A stretch of 64,000 nt of DNA from Dehalococcoidia bacterium (GCA_965207225.1 CBDBLV010000001.1:32001-96000); one strand, 5' to 3'. Numbered from the stretch's first letter, positions 19,015 to 28,947 are shown. Translations and numbers: made by a program. The notes: generated from the letters alone by a model not told the origin.

Positions 19015-19091
19015 GCCCCTATCGTCTAGCGGCCTAGGACACCGCCCTTTCAAGGCGGAGATCACGGGTTCGAATCCCGTTGGGGGCACCA
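19015..19091 (+). tRNA. tRNA-Glu (TTC)
   Basis: Acceptor stem GCCCCTA/TGGGGGC, anticodon arm CCGCC-CTTTCAA-GGCGG, T-loop GGTTCGAATCC, encoded CCA. Confidence 0.95.
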
Positions 19092-19136
19092 GCTTTTTCG
19101 ACAGGGTCTAGTGCGTCTATTCAAAGGAGACCCACA

Positions 19137-20435
19137 TTGTCCGCCAATGACACCAAAGCCGACGTCGTAATCATCGGTGCAGGCATCGTCGGGTGCTGCA
19201 TCGCCTACTACCTCGCCAAGCGCGGCGTTAACGTCGTCCTCGTCGAAAAGGGCGAGGTCGCCGGCGAGCAGTCCTCCCGAGCCTGGGGCTGGGTCCGACA
19301 GCAGGGCCGGAACCCGAGGGAGATCCCCCTCGTCATGTTCGCCAAGCAGCTCTGGACCGGCCTGTCCGACGAAATAGGCGCCGACGTCGAGTGGATCGAG
19401 GGCGGCTCCCTCAAGCTCGCCTACACCGACGATGAACTCTCCGAGTTCGAAGCCTGGGCCCGGGAAGCCCGCGACCTCGGCCTCGATACCACCGTTCTCT
19501 CCAGGGAAGGTGTAAAACGTGAAGTCCCCGGCCTCAGCGGCCCCTTCCTCGGCGGCATATTCACCCCCGACGACGGCCAGACCGAGCCCCGTCGCGCCAC
19601 CGAGGCCATCGCCAATGCCGCCAGGGAAAACGGCGTCTCCCTTCGCACCGGCCACGCCGTCGAGAGCCTTGAAGTCGAGAACGGCGCCATCAAGGCCGTC
19701 GTCACCGAGAACGGCCGCATCGAGACCGACAAGGTCGTCTGCGCGGCCGGGGCCTGGACCGCCAAGGTCGCCCGGATGATCGGCGTCAACGTCCCCCAGC
19801 GGGTCGTCAAGGGCACAGTGGCCTGCACCGAGCCCGCCCCCTTCGTCTCCCACTGTACCGTCATGACCCCCGAGGTCACCTTCCGCCAGAAGCGCGACGG
19901 CACCTTCTACATCTCCAACGGCACCCATTCCGACTACTACATCGACCTGGAGGCCCTCCGGGACGTGGGCCTTTTCATGCGCAACTTCCTCCGCATCCGC
20001 AAGAGGACCAACGTACACCTGGGCAAGGACCTCCTGGACGACATCATGCGCACTCTTCCCGGCTCCCCCGCCCGCTCCCGACCCTTCGCCCACACCATCG
20101 GCGTCGAGCCCAAGCCCAACAACGACTTCGTAGACCGCTCCATCCGACACCTCCGCAGGCTCCTGCCCTCCGTCGGTCGATTGGAAGTCCAGCGCACCTG
20201 GGCAGGCCGCATAGACGCCAGCCCCGACGCCACCCCCATCCTCGGAGAGGCTCCCGGCGTGAAGGGCTTCTACGTCGCCACCGGCATGAGCGGCCACGGC
20301 ATCGCCATGGGCCCGGGTGTCGGCCTAGTCATGTCCCAGCTAATCATGGGCGAAACTCCCAGCGTCGACCTCCACCCCTTCCGTCTCTCTCGCTTCAAGG
20401 AGCGGGACGCCGCAGACTGGCGCAAGACCCTCTAG
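19137..20435 (+). CDS. FAD-dependent oxidoreductase (DadA / glycine oxidase family)
   Basis: IIGAGIVG, GEQSSRAWGWVRQQGR, WAGRIDASPD, GMSGHGIAMGP. TTG start follows AAAGGAG. Confidence 0.9.
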   Translation: MSANDTKADVVIIGAGIVGCCIAYYLAKRGVNVVLVEKGEVAGEQSSRAWGWVRQQGRNPREIPLVMFAKQLWTGLSDEIGADVEWIEGGSLKLAYTDDELSEFEAWAREARDLGLDTTVLSREGVKREVPGLSGPFLGGIFTPDDGQTEPRRATEAIANAARENGVSLRTGHAVESLEVENGAIKAVVTENGRIETDKVVCAAGAWTAKVARMIGVNVPQRVVKGTVACTEPAPFVSHCTVMTPEVTFRQKRDGTFYISNGTHSDYYIDLEALRDVGLFMRNFLRIRKRTNVHLGKDLLDDIMRTLPGSPARSRPFAHTIGVEPKPNNDFVDRSIRHLRRLLPSVGRLEVQRTWAGRIDASPDATPILGEAPGVKGFYVATGMSGHGIAMGPGVGLVMSQLIMGETPSVDLHPFRLSRFKERDAADWRKTL

Positions 20436-20448
20436 CCGACCTGCCCCG

Positions 20449-20549
20449 TTGATTGATCTCGATTGAATTTGATTGAGGTTGATTGAAGAATGAATGAACT
20501 TGATTGAACGTTGATTGAACTCATAGCTGTTTTGATTGAATGACGCCTA
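20449..20549 (+). repeat. Helically phased TTGATTGAA direct-repeat array
   Basis: GA(T/A)TGA cores at 20451, 20461, 20471, 20481, 20492, 20502, 20513 and 20534. Confidence 0.8.
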
Positions 20550-20778
20550 AAGTGCTGAGCAAAAGTTTTCGCGGCCCGGAGGGGCGGGGCGGCGGTTGTT
20601 TGGATGTGGTTGGGCATGGGTGGGATTATAGCATACAAGTTCGTATGATGGCAAAAGGGAGAGGTCACGGTTGGGGGGGAGGATGGGGTAGAAGTAGCTC
20701 CTATTAGCAACGATAGACTCTCCCAAACGATGGCTTAAAAGGGTAAAACTCATTGGGTAAGAAAAAAGAGTCCGACAA

Positions 20779-21487
20779 TATGCCGAAGGAATTAAAGGCA
20801 AATAAGGTTGATTATGGAGTAGCTCTAGTGCGCGGGAGTACAAGCCTTATCCCTTTGGCGGGGTCCGTTGTTTCCGAATTTATCGGAACGGTGGTGCCAA
20901 ACCAAAGGTTAGACAGACTTGCGAAATATATTGCCGAGCTTGAACGCAAGCTAAATCGCTTGGAAATAACACTCGAAGACGCTCCATATCACGATGAAGT
21001 ATTTTCGGATCTCTTTGAAGAGGCGTGTCGACAGGCGGCTCATTCAGTTAGCGAAGAAAGAAGATCCTACATTGCTACGCTGATTGCAAGTGGCATGAGC
21101 CCCGAAGGAATTGAGCTTGCCGAGTCGCGACATCTCTTGAGGATTTTGGGCGAACTGAGCGATGTAGAGGTGATATGGCTGCGATATTACAGACAGCCCA
21201 CAATAGGCGGAGATGAGGAATTCAGGGAAACGCATAAAACAACTTTGCATCCCGCCCCGCCAGGCATAAATTCTTCTCCGGAAGCCCATGCAAAGTACGC
21301 CTTGCAGCAGAGCTACAAGAAACACCTTGCCCAGGAGGGTTTGCTCGACCCTCGATACGAAACGGAGCATCAAACGGACATCCCAAAATTTGACACAATG
21401 ACCGGAGCAATGAAAATCCAAGGCTACCAACTATCTCCACTAGGTCGACTCCTATTGAAGGAAATTGGTCTTGGTGAGGATGAGTAG
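20779..21487 (+). CDS. Hypothetical protein (lower GC, likely horizontally acquired)
   Basis: Long ORF with atypical codon usage; SLIPLAGSVVSEFI N-terminus and wHTH-like end (LSPLGRLLL). Confidence 0.7.
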
Positions 21488-21560
21488 TTGGCAGTCTTTA
21501 ACAATACTCTTCACTCCCAGGCCCCAACATAAGGTAGCGACCCGAGACGATTAGAGCAGA

Positions 21561-21959
21561 GTGATTGAATTCTTAAATGGAGTCGCTGACGACGTAGTTG
21601 CTACGGTTGTCTCGTTTCTGATATTAGCTCTAATTGGGCTGTTAGCAGCGAAATTCCGACGCCCCCTCTGGCAACTTGTCCTCGCAAGCAAATGTCGTTT
21701 AGGCCATGCGGCCATTTGGTCTCATTGTGCAGTATTCACAAGGCATCGAATGGAAAGACATGTAAAAAAGTACGATTCTGTCTTCCTTGTTGGATGGGAC
21801 TCTCCGGATAGGCCAAAAGGCCGCTGGAGATGCAAATGCGGTATGCGCCGCAAGGTGGAAGACTTGCCGAACGACGATGCCGAAGTAATCGCATGGAGGC
21901 GTCAGACCATGCATCTCTGGTACAGTCAACAAAGGCACGGGAATTTGCAGTTAGATTAG
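21561..21959 (+). CDS. Hypothetical protein with an N-terminal TM helix
   Basis: 132-aa ORF in the lower-GC patch; hydrophobic N-terminus, WRCKCG. Confidence 0.45.
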   Translation: MIEFLNGVADDVVATVVSFLILALIGLLAAKFRRPLWQLVLASKCRLGHAAIWSHCAVFTRHRMERHVKKYDSVFLVGWDSPDRPKGRWRCKCGMRRKVEDLPNDDAEVIAWRRQTMHLWYSQQRHGNLQLD

Positions 21960-22128
21960 ATTCGGGAGGCTGGAAGCTACTGAATCCTCAAGCAACCGAT
22001 AAATACCGCAAGTGATAACTAACTGGACACATTGCGCGTATTATGCCTGCATATAGAAGACTCTGGTGCCCCTAGGTACCCGGGGATATCCCCACCCCCA
22101 GTGCCACCACCCCCTAGCCATCGACCCT

Positions 22129-22524
22129 CTACCGGATAGATGGATCGCCGGCGACCGTCGCCAATACCTGGTCGAAGGTCTTGATCTCCCGGACGCCGCG
22201 TCTGCGGCAACTGGCCAGGTGGCAAAGGCCCCGGGCTTGCAGTGCGGGGTGCCGCTCATGGAGACGCCTCGCAAGGGCCACGTCCGCCTCTTCCAGTGGC
22301 CAAACCTCAACCGCGGCGTTTGCTATCAGCCCCAGTGCCGCATCGAAGGTTTGCAGCCTTTCGCTGGGCAGGTACGCATGGGTCAGCTCCTGCATGACCT
22401 CTGCCGAGGTGCATAGCGGGGTGCTGCGCCGGTTGGCTTCGACGAAGAACTCCTGGGCATTTTTTCGAAGCGCGTGGGGGCGTCCCACCGCGTACATGAA
22501 AACGTTGGTGTCGACGAAGATCAC
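22129..22524 (-). CDS. vapC: VapC/PIN-domain toxin
   Basis: MIFVDTNVFMY, SAEVMQE, TFD. Confidence 0.88.
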   Translation of the reverse strand: MIFVDTNVFMYAVGRPHALRKNAQEFFVEANRRSTPLCTSAEVMQELTHAYLPSERLQTFDAALGLIANAAVEVWPLEEADVALARRLHERHPALQARGLCHLASCRRRGVREIKTFDQVLATVAGDPSIR

Positions 22525-22796
22525 GTTCCCGCAACTCCCCTTCCACGCGACTGGTTGATGACCTCCAGGTGCTCATCCCAGTCCGGCTCCTTACCCGGCC
22601 CTTCCAGAGAGGCACATGATCGGAAGAACTCCTCAACGTCTTCAGGGGTCTCGAATAGCTTCACGCGCCGGCGCATAGCAAGGCGCTCGCGGGCGGCGGC
22701 TCGCAGCCACGCACTCAGGGACATTCCCTCACGCCTCGCCTGCTCAACGAAACGTTCCCTATCTTCGTCTGCCATCACCAGCTGTACTCTGGCCAT
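22521..22796 (-). CDS. RHH-type antitoxin (VapB-like)
   Basis: ARREGMSLSAWLR; stop overlaps the vapC start; upstream palindrome TGTGTAA-N5-TTACACA (22824-22842). Confidence 0.75.
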   Translation of the reverse strand: MARVQLVMADEDRERFVEQARREGMSLSAWLRAAARERLAMRRRVKLFETPEDVEEFFRSCASLEGPGKEPDWDEHLEVINQSRGRGVAGT

Positions 22797-22941
22797 ATCG
22801 CTCTCCCGCAAATCTAAATAAAGTGTGTAACAAAATTACACATACTTTCGGCGCAGGTCAAGGGACCCTGCAGCTTGGCGCCACATGCAAGATGCTGACA
22901 CCCCACCCCTGCCATCCCCGAAAAGTCGGAAATCAATCTCT

Positions 22942-23062
22942 CCCCGAGTACTGAACTAGAGGGAGCCGCATGGGCGCAGCCCATGCGGCTCCCTCTGTTT
23001 TTCTCTCCCCCTCTCCCTTACAGGCCCTAAGGGAGAGGGGGATCAAGGGGGTGAGGGTTCCC
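22942..23062 (+). repeat. CAGTAC variable-hairpin repeat, copy E
   Basis: Hairpin GAGGGAGCCGCATGGGC-GCA-GCCCATGCGGCTCCCTC in the conserved scaffold. Confidence 0.85.
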
Positions 23063-23230
23063 CCGGGGAAGCGGGGATCTCCCCGCCCCAATGTGCCATC
23101 TCCCCCTTGCCCCCACCCTACCCCTCCCGCTATTGTAACCACCATCAAATCCCACCCCTCCCTTCACCCCCGAACCAACTAAAAGGCCTTTCCTCAAACA
23201 ATCAAAATCCCCGCCCGTAAGGAGACACCG

Positions 23231-24427
23231 ATGACTGACCTCCCCAACGAAAGGACCTTCGGCGCCGTCTTCCCCAACGAAGAATATGACACCCGACGCG
23301 CCAAGGTCCGCCAGCGCATGGCCGACCGAGGCATCGACGTCCTCTACGTCAGCTCCCCCCGCAACATCACCTACCTCACCGGCTTCGACATCATCTGGTT
23401 CTACCACGCCTCCCCCACCGGCCTCGTCATCCGCGCCGACGACCCGAAAGTCCTCTTCTTCGACTCCTACCATGAGCGCATGGTCAACGACTTCTGCTAC
23501 ATCGACGAGGCCGTCTTCTACGCCACCTTCCCCTTCCACCCCATGGGCCCCCAGCTCGACACCGTAATCGACACCATGAAAGACCGGGGCCTCCTCAAGG
23601 GCTGCGTCGGCATCGAGAAGTGGGCCTACGCCCCGTCACCCGCCATGATGCAGGCCATGGAAGAGAAGATGTCGGGCGCCGGGGCCCGGGTCGTTGACGG
23701 ATCCTGGATTGTCGACACCGTCGGCCTTACCAAGTCTCCCCTGGAGGTCGCCTGCGTACGTAAAGCCGCCGAGATCGCTGACACCGGCATTATGGCAGGT
23801 GTGGAAGCCGCCGCCCCCGGCATCACCGAGCTCGAGGTCAACGGCGCTATGCAGTACGCCATGGCCAGGGCCGGGGGCGAGGAGACCGCCATCCGGTGCG
23901 TAGTCAGCAAGGAGGGCTTCCGCATGCCTCACAAGCCCACCACCCGACTCCGCCTCGAGGCAGGCGAGATCATCTTCGCCGACGTGTGCGGCGTCTACAA
24001 CCGCTACCATGCCGATCTCTGCCGCTTCCTTTGCCTTGGCCAACCCGAGCAGAAGACCGTAGACCGCATGAAAGCCCTAGCCGAGAGCATCCCCTACGTC
24101 CAGGACAAGGTGAAGGTGGGAGATCCCCCCACCGCCATCGGCCGGGCCATCGACGAATATCTCGCCTCCATAGGCCTCACCGGCGAGGTCGACCGCGGCG
24201 GCTACGACGTCGGCCTCTCCCTCCCCCCCGACTGGGTCGGCCACACAAGAGTCGTGGGAGGCGGCTTCGTCGACGAGCCCATGCAGCCCGGTTTCGTCAC
24301 CAACTACGAAATCTTCTCCCGGGGCAAAGACCCCCGCTCCGCCGGCCTCATAGACACCTTCGTCATGACCGAAACCGGCCTCGAACTCCTCTCCAAGCTT
24401 CCCCTGGAGATACTGACCAAAAGCTGA
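23231..24427 (+). CDS. M24 peptidase-fold hydrolase, ectoine hydrolase EutD/DoeA-like
   Basis: EEYDTRRAKVR..MADRGID..SPRNITYLTG, GVYNRYHA, and GYDVGLSLPPDW resembling the EutD GYxIGLSYPPDW motif. Confidence 0.75.
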   Translation: MTDLPNERTFGAVFPNEEYDTRRAKVRQRMADRGIDVLYVSSPRNITYLTGFDIIWFYHASPTGLVIRADDPKVLFFDSYHERMVNDFCYIDEAVFYATFPFHPMGPQLDTVIDTMKDRGLLKGCVGIEKWAYAPSPAMMQAMEEKMSGAGARVVDGSWIVDTVGLTKSPLEVACVRKAAEIADTGIMAGVEAAAPGITELEVNGAMQYAMARAGGEETAIRCVVSKEGFRMPHKPTTRLRLEAGEIIFADVCGVYNRYHADLCRFLCLGQPEQKTVDRMKALAESIPYVQDKVKVGDPPTAIGRAIDEYLASIGLTGEVDRGGYDVGLSLPPDWVGHTRVVGGGFVDEPMQPGFVTNYEIFSRGKDPRSAGLIDTFVMTETGLELLSKLPLEILTKS

Positions 24428-24471
24428 CATCTGAAATAGACTGTATCCACCAAGAGACAGGAGATGGTGAC

Positions 24472-25305
24472 ATGTTCGTAAGAGCCGTAGACCAGCTCGC
24501 AGGTACCGACAAGGAAGTCAATTGGCAGGACGGAGACCTCTGGCTCCGAGCCGCCCGACTCGTTACCAAGGCCGACCTCGTAGGCTTCTCCCTCGCCGAC
24601 GTACGGCTCTCCGCAGGATGGGAGATCGACTGTCACTACAAGCACCACATAGAAGCCAGCTTCGTCATCTCCGGCAGCGCAACGGTTACGGAGTACGCCA
24701 CCGGCAACAGCTGGGACGTTGGCCCCGGCGACCTGTACGTCGTGGGGCCGAAGGACAAGCACCACGTCTCGACCAGGACCGAGTTGCACGGCGTCACCGT
24801 CTTCAACCCTGCCCTGGTTGGCAACGAAAAGCCCGACGAGGACGGCGCATACCCGCCTTCCGGCGAAGTACCCCCGGCCTGGGCTGGTGAGTCGGGCCGG
24901 ACGATGTTCCTGAAGCGGGTCGCCGACACCCGCGTGGTCGGCGTCAGCTACGGCGCCGCCAGGGCCTACCGATACCTCACCCAGGCCGACGAGTGCGGCT
25001 TCACCATCTCCACCCCCCGCTCCCCCGCCGGCGACGGCATCGTCCTCCACTACAAGAACCACGTGGAAGCCAACTACGTGATCGAGGGAGAGGGCACCGC
25101 CGAAGACCTGACTACCGGCGAGAAATGGGACCTCTACCCGGGCTCCATGTACTTCGTCGGCCCGAAGGACAGGCACCAGGTCAACACCCACACCGGCTTC
25201 TACCTTCTCAGCGTCTTCAACCCGCCCCTCGTCGGCGACGAGACCCACGACTCCGAGGGCGGCTACCCCTACACCGGCCCCCTCCCCGAAGCCTGGAGAC
25301 CCTAA
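24472..25305 (+). CDS. Tandem double ectoine-synthase (EctC-like cupin) protein 1
   Basis: ATG after GGAG; 277 aa; two units each with YKxHxE, Y..GPKDxH and VFNPxLxGxE..DxxGxYP. Confidence 0.85.
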   Translation: MFVRAVDQLAGTDKEVNWQDGDLWLRAARLVTKADLVGFSLADVRLSAGWEIDCHYKHHIEASFVISGSATVTEYATGNSWDVGPGDLYVVGPKDKHHVSTRTELHGVTVFNPALVGNEKPDEDGAYPPSGEVPPAWAGESGRTMFLKRVADTRVVGVSYGAARAYRYLTQADECGFTISTPRSPAGDGIVLHYKNHVEANYVIEGEGTAEDLTTGEKWDLYPGSMYFVGPKDRHQVNTHTGFYLLSVFNPPLVGDETHDSEGGYPYTGPLPEAWRP

Positions 25306-25466
25306 GTGTTCCCACTGTCATTCCGATGCCCCGCGAGGAATCTGGGGTGGTGTCCAATCCCCTCTCCCTCGACGGGAGAGGGCCAGAGCCTGTCCCGAGT
25401 CCCCGAGGGAGTGAGGGTGATCCCGAGGCGCGGTTACGAAAACCATATAACCGGAGGTGACACGAT

Positions 25467-26300
25467 ATGTTCGTAAGGACCATTGACCAGCTCGCAGGTT
25501 CCGACAAAGAAGTGAACTGGAGGGACGGAGACCTGTGGCTCAAGGCCGTACGTCTGGTCACAAAGACCGACGGCGCAGGCTTCTCCCTCGCCGACGTCCG
25601 GCTCTCCGCAGGCTGGGAGATCGACTGCCACTACAAGCACCACATTGAAGTCAGCATCGTCCTCTCCGGCAGCGCAACGGTTACGGAGTACGCCACCGGC
25701 AAAAGCTGGGAGGTCGGGCCGGGCGACGTGTACGTGGTCGGCCCGAAGGACAAGCACCACGTATCGACGAAAACCGAGCTTCACGGTGTCACAGTCTTCA
25801 ACCCCGCCCTCGTCGGCACCGAGACCCCTGACGAGGACGGCGCATACCCGCCTTCCGGCGAGGTCCCCCCGGCCTGGGCAGGCGAGTCTGGACGGACCAT
25901 GATGGTAAAGAGGCCCGAGGACGCCCAGTCAGTCGGCGTCCGGGGCACGGGCGCCACCGCCTCCCGGTATCTCACCCAGGCCGACCAGTGCGGCGTCACC
26001 GTATCCATGCCCCGCTCTTCCGAGGGCCACGGCAAGGAGCTCTGGTACCAGAACCACGTCGAGGCTAACTACGTTGTCGAAGGCCAGGGATCCGTCGAGG
26101 ACCTGAACACCGGCGAAAAGTGGGCCTTGGCCCCCGGTTCCATGTACTTCGTCGGGCCGAAGGACAGGCACCTCATGAGCTTCGACACCGCATTCTCCCT
26201 CATCAGCGTCTTCAACCCGCCCCTCGTCGGCAACGAGACCCACGATGACCTCGGCGGCTATCCCCCCACCGGCCCCCTCCCCGAAGCCTGGAGACCGTAG
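25467..26300 (+). CDS. Double EctC-like protein 2
   Basis: 277 aa; WYQNHVEANY, VFNPPLVGNETHD. Confidence 0.85.
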   Translation: MFVRTIDQLAGSDKEVNWRDGDLWLKAVRLVTKTDGAGFSLADVRLSAGWEIDCHYKHHIEVSIVLSGSATVTEYATGKSWEVGPGDVYVVGPKDKHHVSTKTELHGVTVFNPALVGTETPDEDGAYPPSGEVPPAWAGESGRTMMVKRPEDAQSVGVRGTGATASRYLTQADQCGVTVSMPRSSEGHGKELWYQNHVEANYVVEGQGSVEDLNTGEKWALAPGSMYFVGPKDRHLMSFDTAFSLISVFNPPLVGNETHDDLGGYPPTGPLPEAWRP

Positions 26301-26371
26301 CAAGAAAATAGAGAGTCGGGGTCGAATAGGTCCGCACGCCAGTAATAGACAAATAACCTGGAGGTAAGAGG

Positions 26372-27205
26372 ATGTTCGTAAGAAGGCTGGAAGAGCTCAA
26401 CGGTACCCCAAATGAAATGATCAGGATGGCCGGCGAAGGACAACTCCATTCCCGACGCATCCTGACCAAAGCCGACGGTTGCGGCTTCTCCCTTTCCGAT
26501 GTGCTCGCTGCCACCGGCATGTCCATCGACCTCTGGTACAAGCACCAGGTCGAGGCAAACCTGATTGTCACGGGGGAACTGGAGGTCACCGACCTGTCCA
26601 ACAACGCGAAGTGGCTGCTTGGCGCCGGGGACGCATACATGGTCGGGCCTAAGGACAGGCACCGCATCACGGCAAAGAGCGACGTCCATCTCGTCAGCGT
26701 CTTCTGTCCGCCGGTGCTCGGCAACGAGAGGCACGACGAAGACGGCTCCTTCCCCCCGACCGGCGACATCCCGCCTGCCTGGCAAGGAGAATCGGGGCGG
26801 ACCATGTTCATCAAACGGCTGGCCGACACCCGTGTCGTGCGCATCGGCCATGACAGGGCAAACGCGTACAGGTACCTGACCCAGGAAGACGGATGTGGAT
26901 TCACCGTATCCACGCCCCGGGGCGAGGGAGGCAAGAGCATAGTTCTCTGGTACCAGAACCACGTGGAGGCCAACTATATCCTGGAGGGTGAAGGCACGGT
27001 GGAGGACAAGTCGACCGGGGAGACGTGGGACCTGGCCCCCGGCACGGTGTATGTAGTAGGCCCCAAGGACCGGCACCAGCTTTACTCCGAGAAGGGTTTC
27101 TACTTGCTCAGCATCTTCAACCCGCCCCTCGTCGGCGATGAAACCCACGACGAGCTCGGCGGCTATCCCCCAAACGGCCCCATCCCCGAGGCCTGGAGAC
27201 CGTAA
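26372..27205 (+). CDS. Double EctC-like protein 3
   Basis: 277 aa; SRRILTKADGCGFS, WYKHQVEAN, WYQNHVEANY. Confidence 0.85.
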   Translation: MFVRRLEELNGTPNEMIRMAGEGQLHSRRILTKADGCGFSLSDVLAATGMSIDLWYKHQVEANLIVTGELEVTDLSNNAKWLLGAGDAYMVGPKDRHRITAKSDVHLVSVFCPPVLGNERHDEDGSFPPTGDIPPAWQGESGRTMFIKRLADTRVVRIGHDRANAYRYLTQEDGCGFTVSTPRGEGGKSIVLWYQNHVEANYILEGEGTVEDKSTGETWDLAPGTVYVVGPKDRHQLYSEKGFYLLSIFNPPLVGDETHDELGGYPPNGPIPEAWRP

Positions 27206-27229
27206 ACTACAGATTCCGGAGGCAACCCC

Positions 27230-28063
27230 ATGTTCGTAAGAAGAGTCGAAGACCTGGCAGGCACCGACAAACAGATGGTCCGAACTGAAGGGGCCACGAG
27301 GTTACAGTCCACCCGACTCCTCACCCAGTCCGACGGCTGCGGCTTCTCCGTCTCTGACGTCCAGGTCTCCGCAGGTTCCACCGCCGACCTCTGGTACAAG
27401 AACCACGTCGAAGGCAACCTCATTATCTCGGGAGAAATGGAACTGACCGACCTTACCAGCGGCCAGAGCTGGGAACTGGGCGCCGGAGACCTCTACGTCG
27501 TCGGTCCCTGGGACCGGCACCGCATCACCACCACTACCGACCTGCATGCGGTCAGCGTTTTCAACCCCGCCACCCTCGGCGGCGAGCGCCACGACGCGGA
27601 CGGCTCCTACCCTCCCACCGGCGACATTCCACCTGCCTGGCAGGGTGAATCGGGCCGCACAATGATCGTAAAGCGACTCTCGGACACCAGGGTCGTCCCC
27701 ATAGGGCATGGCCGCACCAACGCCTACCGCTACCTACTCCATGATGACGAATGTGGCTTCACCATCTCCACCCCCCGGGCCCCGGGAGGCAAAAGCATCG
27801 TTCTCTGGTACCAGAACCACGTCGAGGCCAACTACATCCTGGATGGCGAGGGTGCCGTCGAAGACGTAACCACCGGCGAAAGATGGGACCTCGCTCCCGG
27901 CACCCTATACGTCGTAGGCCCCAAGGACCGCCACTTCATCGAGTCCGAAAACGGCCTGTACGTCATGAGCATCTTCAACCCCCCAATCTACGGCCACGAG
28001 ACCCACGACGAACAGGGCACCTACACACCGTCGGGCCCCATCCCCGAAGCGTGGGAACCCTAA
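27230..28063 (+). CDS. Double EctC-like protein 4
   Basis: 277 aa; WYKNHVEGN, WYQNHVEANY, IFNPPIYGHETHD. Confidence 0.85.
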   Translation: MFVRRVEDLAGTDKQMVRTEGATRLQSTRLLTQSDGCGFSVSDVQVSAGSTADLWYKNHVEGNLIISGEMELTDLTSGQSWELGAGDLYVVGPWDRHRITTTTDLHAVSVFNPATLGGERHDADGSYPPTGDIPPAWQGESGRTMIVKRLSDTRVVPIGHGRTNAYRYLLHDDECGFTISTPRAPGGKSIVLWYQNHVEANYILDGEGAVEDVTTGERWDLAPGTLYVVGPKDRHFIESENGLYVMSIFNPPIYGHETHDEQGTYTPSGPIPEAWEP

Positions 28064-28308
28064 CCGCAATCCGCTCCCGCCGCCCACTGTCATCCCGATG
28101 CCCCGCGAGGGATCTGGGGTGAGGGTGCTCCCCTTCTCTTTTCTCCCCCTCCCCCCTGATAATTCAATAAAACAGGGCGGGTGGGCGGGACTGCAATTAC
28201 TCCTTAGGGGTTGGGAGGGGCACCCCCTCCCCACATTGCAACCCCACCCCCCATTTGCTAAGCTTTCACCCACTATTTCCCCAAGCCCACCACCCTTGGA
28301 GGGACGCC

Positions 28309-28947
28309 ATGCCCGTATTGCATAAAGACGAAAACATCGAAATCAGGAAGATCGTCACCGGCGACTACGTCAACAACGCCTACCTCGTCGTCTGCCCCAG
28401 GACCAACCAGAGCGTCATGATCGACGCCCCCGCCGAGCCCGAGCGCGTCCTTGAGCAGGCCAAGGACACCAACGTCCAGGCCGTCCTCTTCACCCACACC
28501 CACTTCGACCACATCGACGGCGCCCAGGCCATCAAGGACGCCCTCGGCGTGCCGTTCATTGTCCACCCCGACGACGAGGGTGAGCTTCCCTTCAAAGCTG
28601 ACCAGCACCTCGGAGATGACGGCAGCTACTCCTTCGGCAACATCACCTTCAGGACCATCCACAACCCTGGCCACACGCCCGGGGCAACTTCCCTCGTCTG
28701 GGGCAAGCACCTCTTCAGCGGCGACACCCTGTTCCCCGGCGGCCCCGGCTACACCGAGTCCCCCGAGAACTTCCAGCAGCTCCTCCACCACGTCGACAAT
28801 AAGCTCATCAACCTGGGCGACGATGTCAACATCTACCCGGGCCACGGCGACGAAGGCGTCCTCGGCGAGACCAGGCGCCTCCACGCCGGCTTCAAGTCCC
28901 GCTCCCACCCCGACGACATCCACGGCCACGTCTCCTGGGAAGATTGA
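28309..28947 (+). CDS. MBL-fold metallohydrolase (glyoxalase II-like)
   Basis: THTHFDHI, PGHTPG, SGDTLF, PGHG. Confidence 0.9.
   Translation: MPVLHKDENIEIRKIVTGDYVNNAYLVVCPRTNQSVMIDAPAEPERVLEQAKDTNVQAVLFTHTHFDHIDGAQAIKDALGVPFIVHPDDEGELPFKADQHLGDDGSYSFGNITFRTIHNPGHTPGATSLVWGKHLFSGDTLFPGGPGYTESPENFQQLLHHVDNKLINLGDDVNIYPGHGDEGVLGETRRLHAGFKSRSHPDDIHGHVSWED

Noticed and set aside
19015-22900. Integrative element at tRNA-Glu
   Set aside because: No integrase and no duplicated tRNA 3' end found; the gene following the tRNA has native codon bias.
23896-24471. N-terminal extension making the first double-EctC gene 469 aa
   Set aside because: It overlaps the M24 gene out of frame; the ATG at 24472 has an SD and gives 277 aa like the three paralogs.
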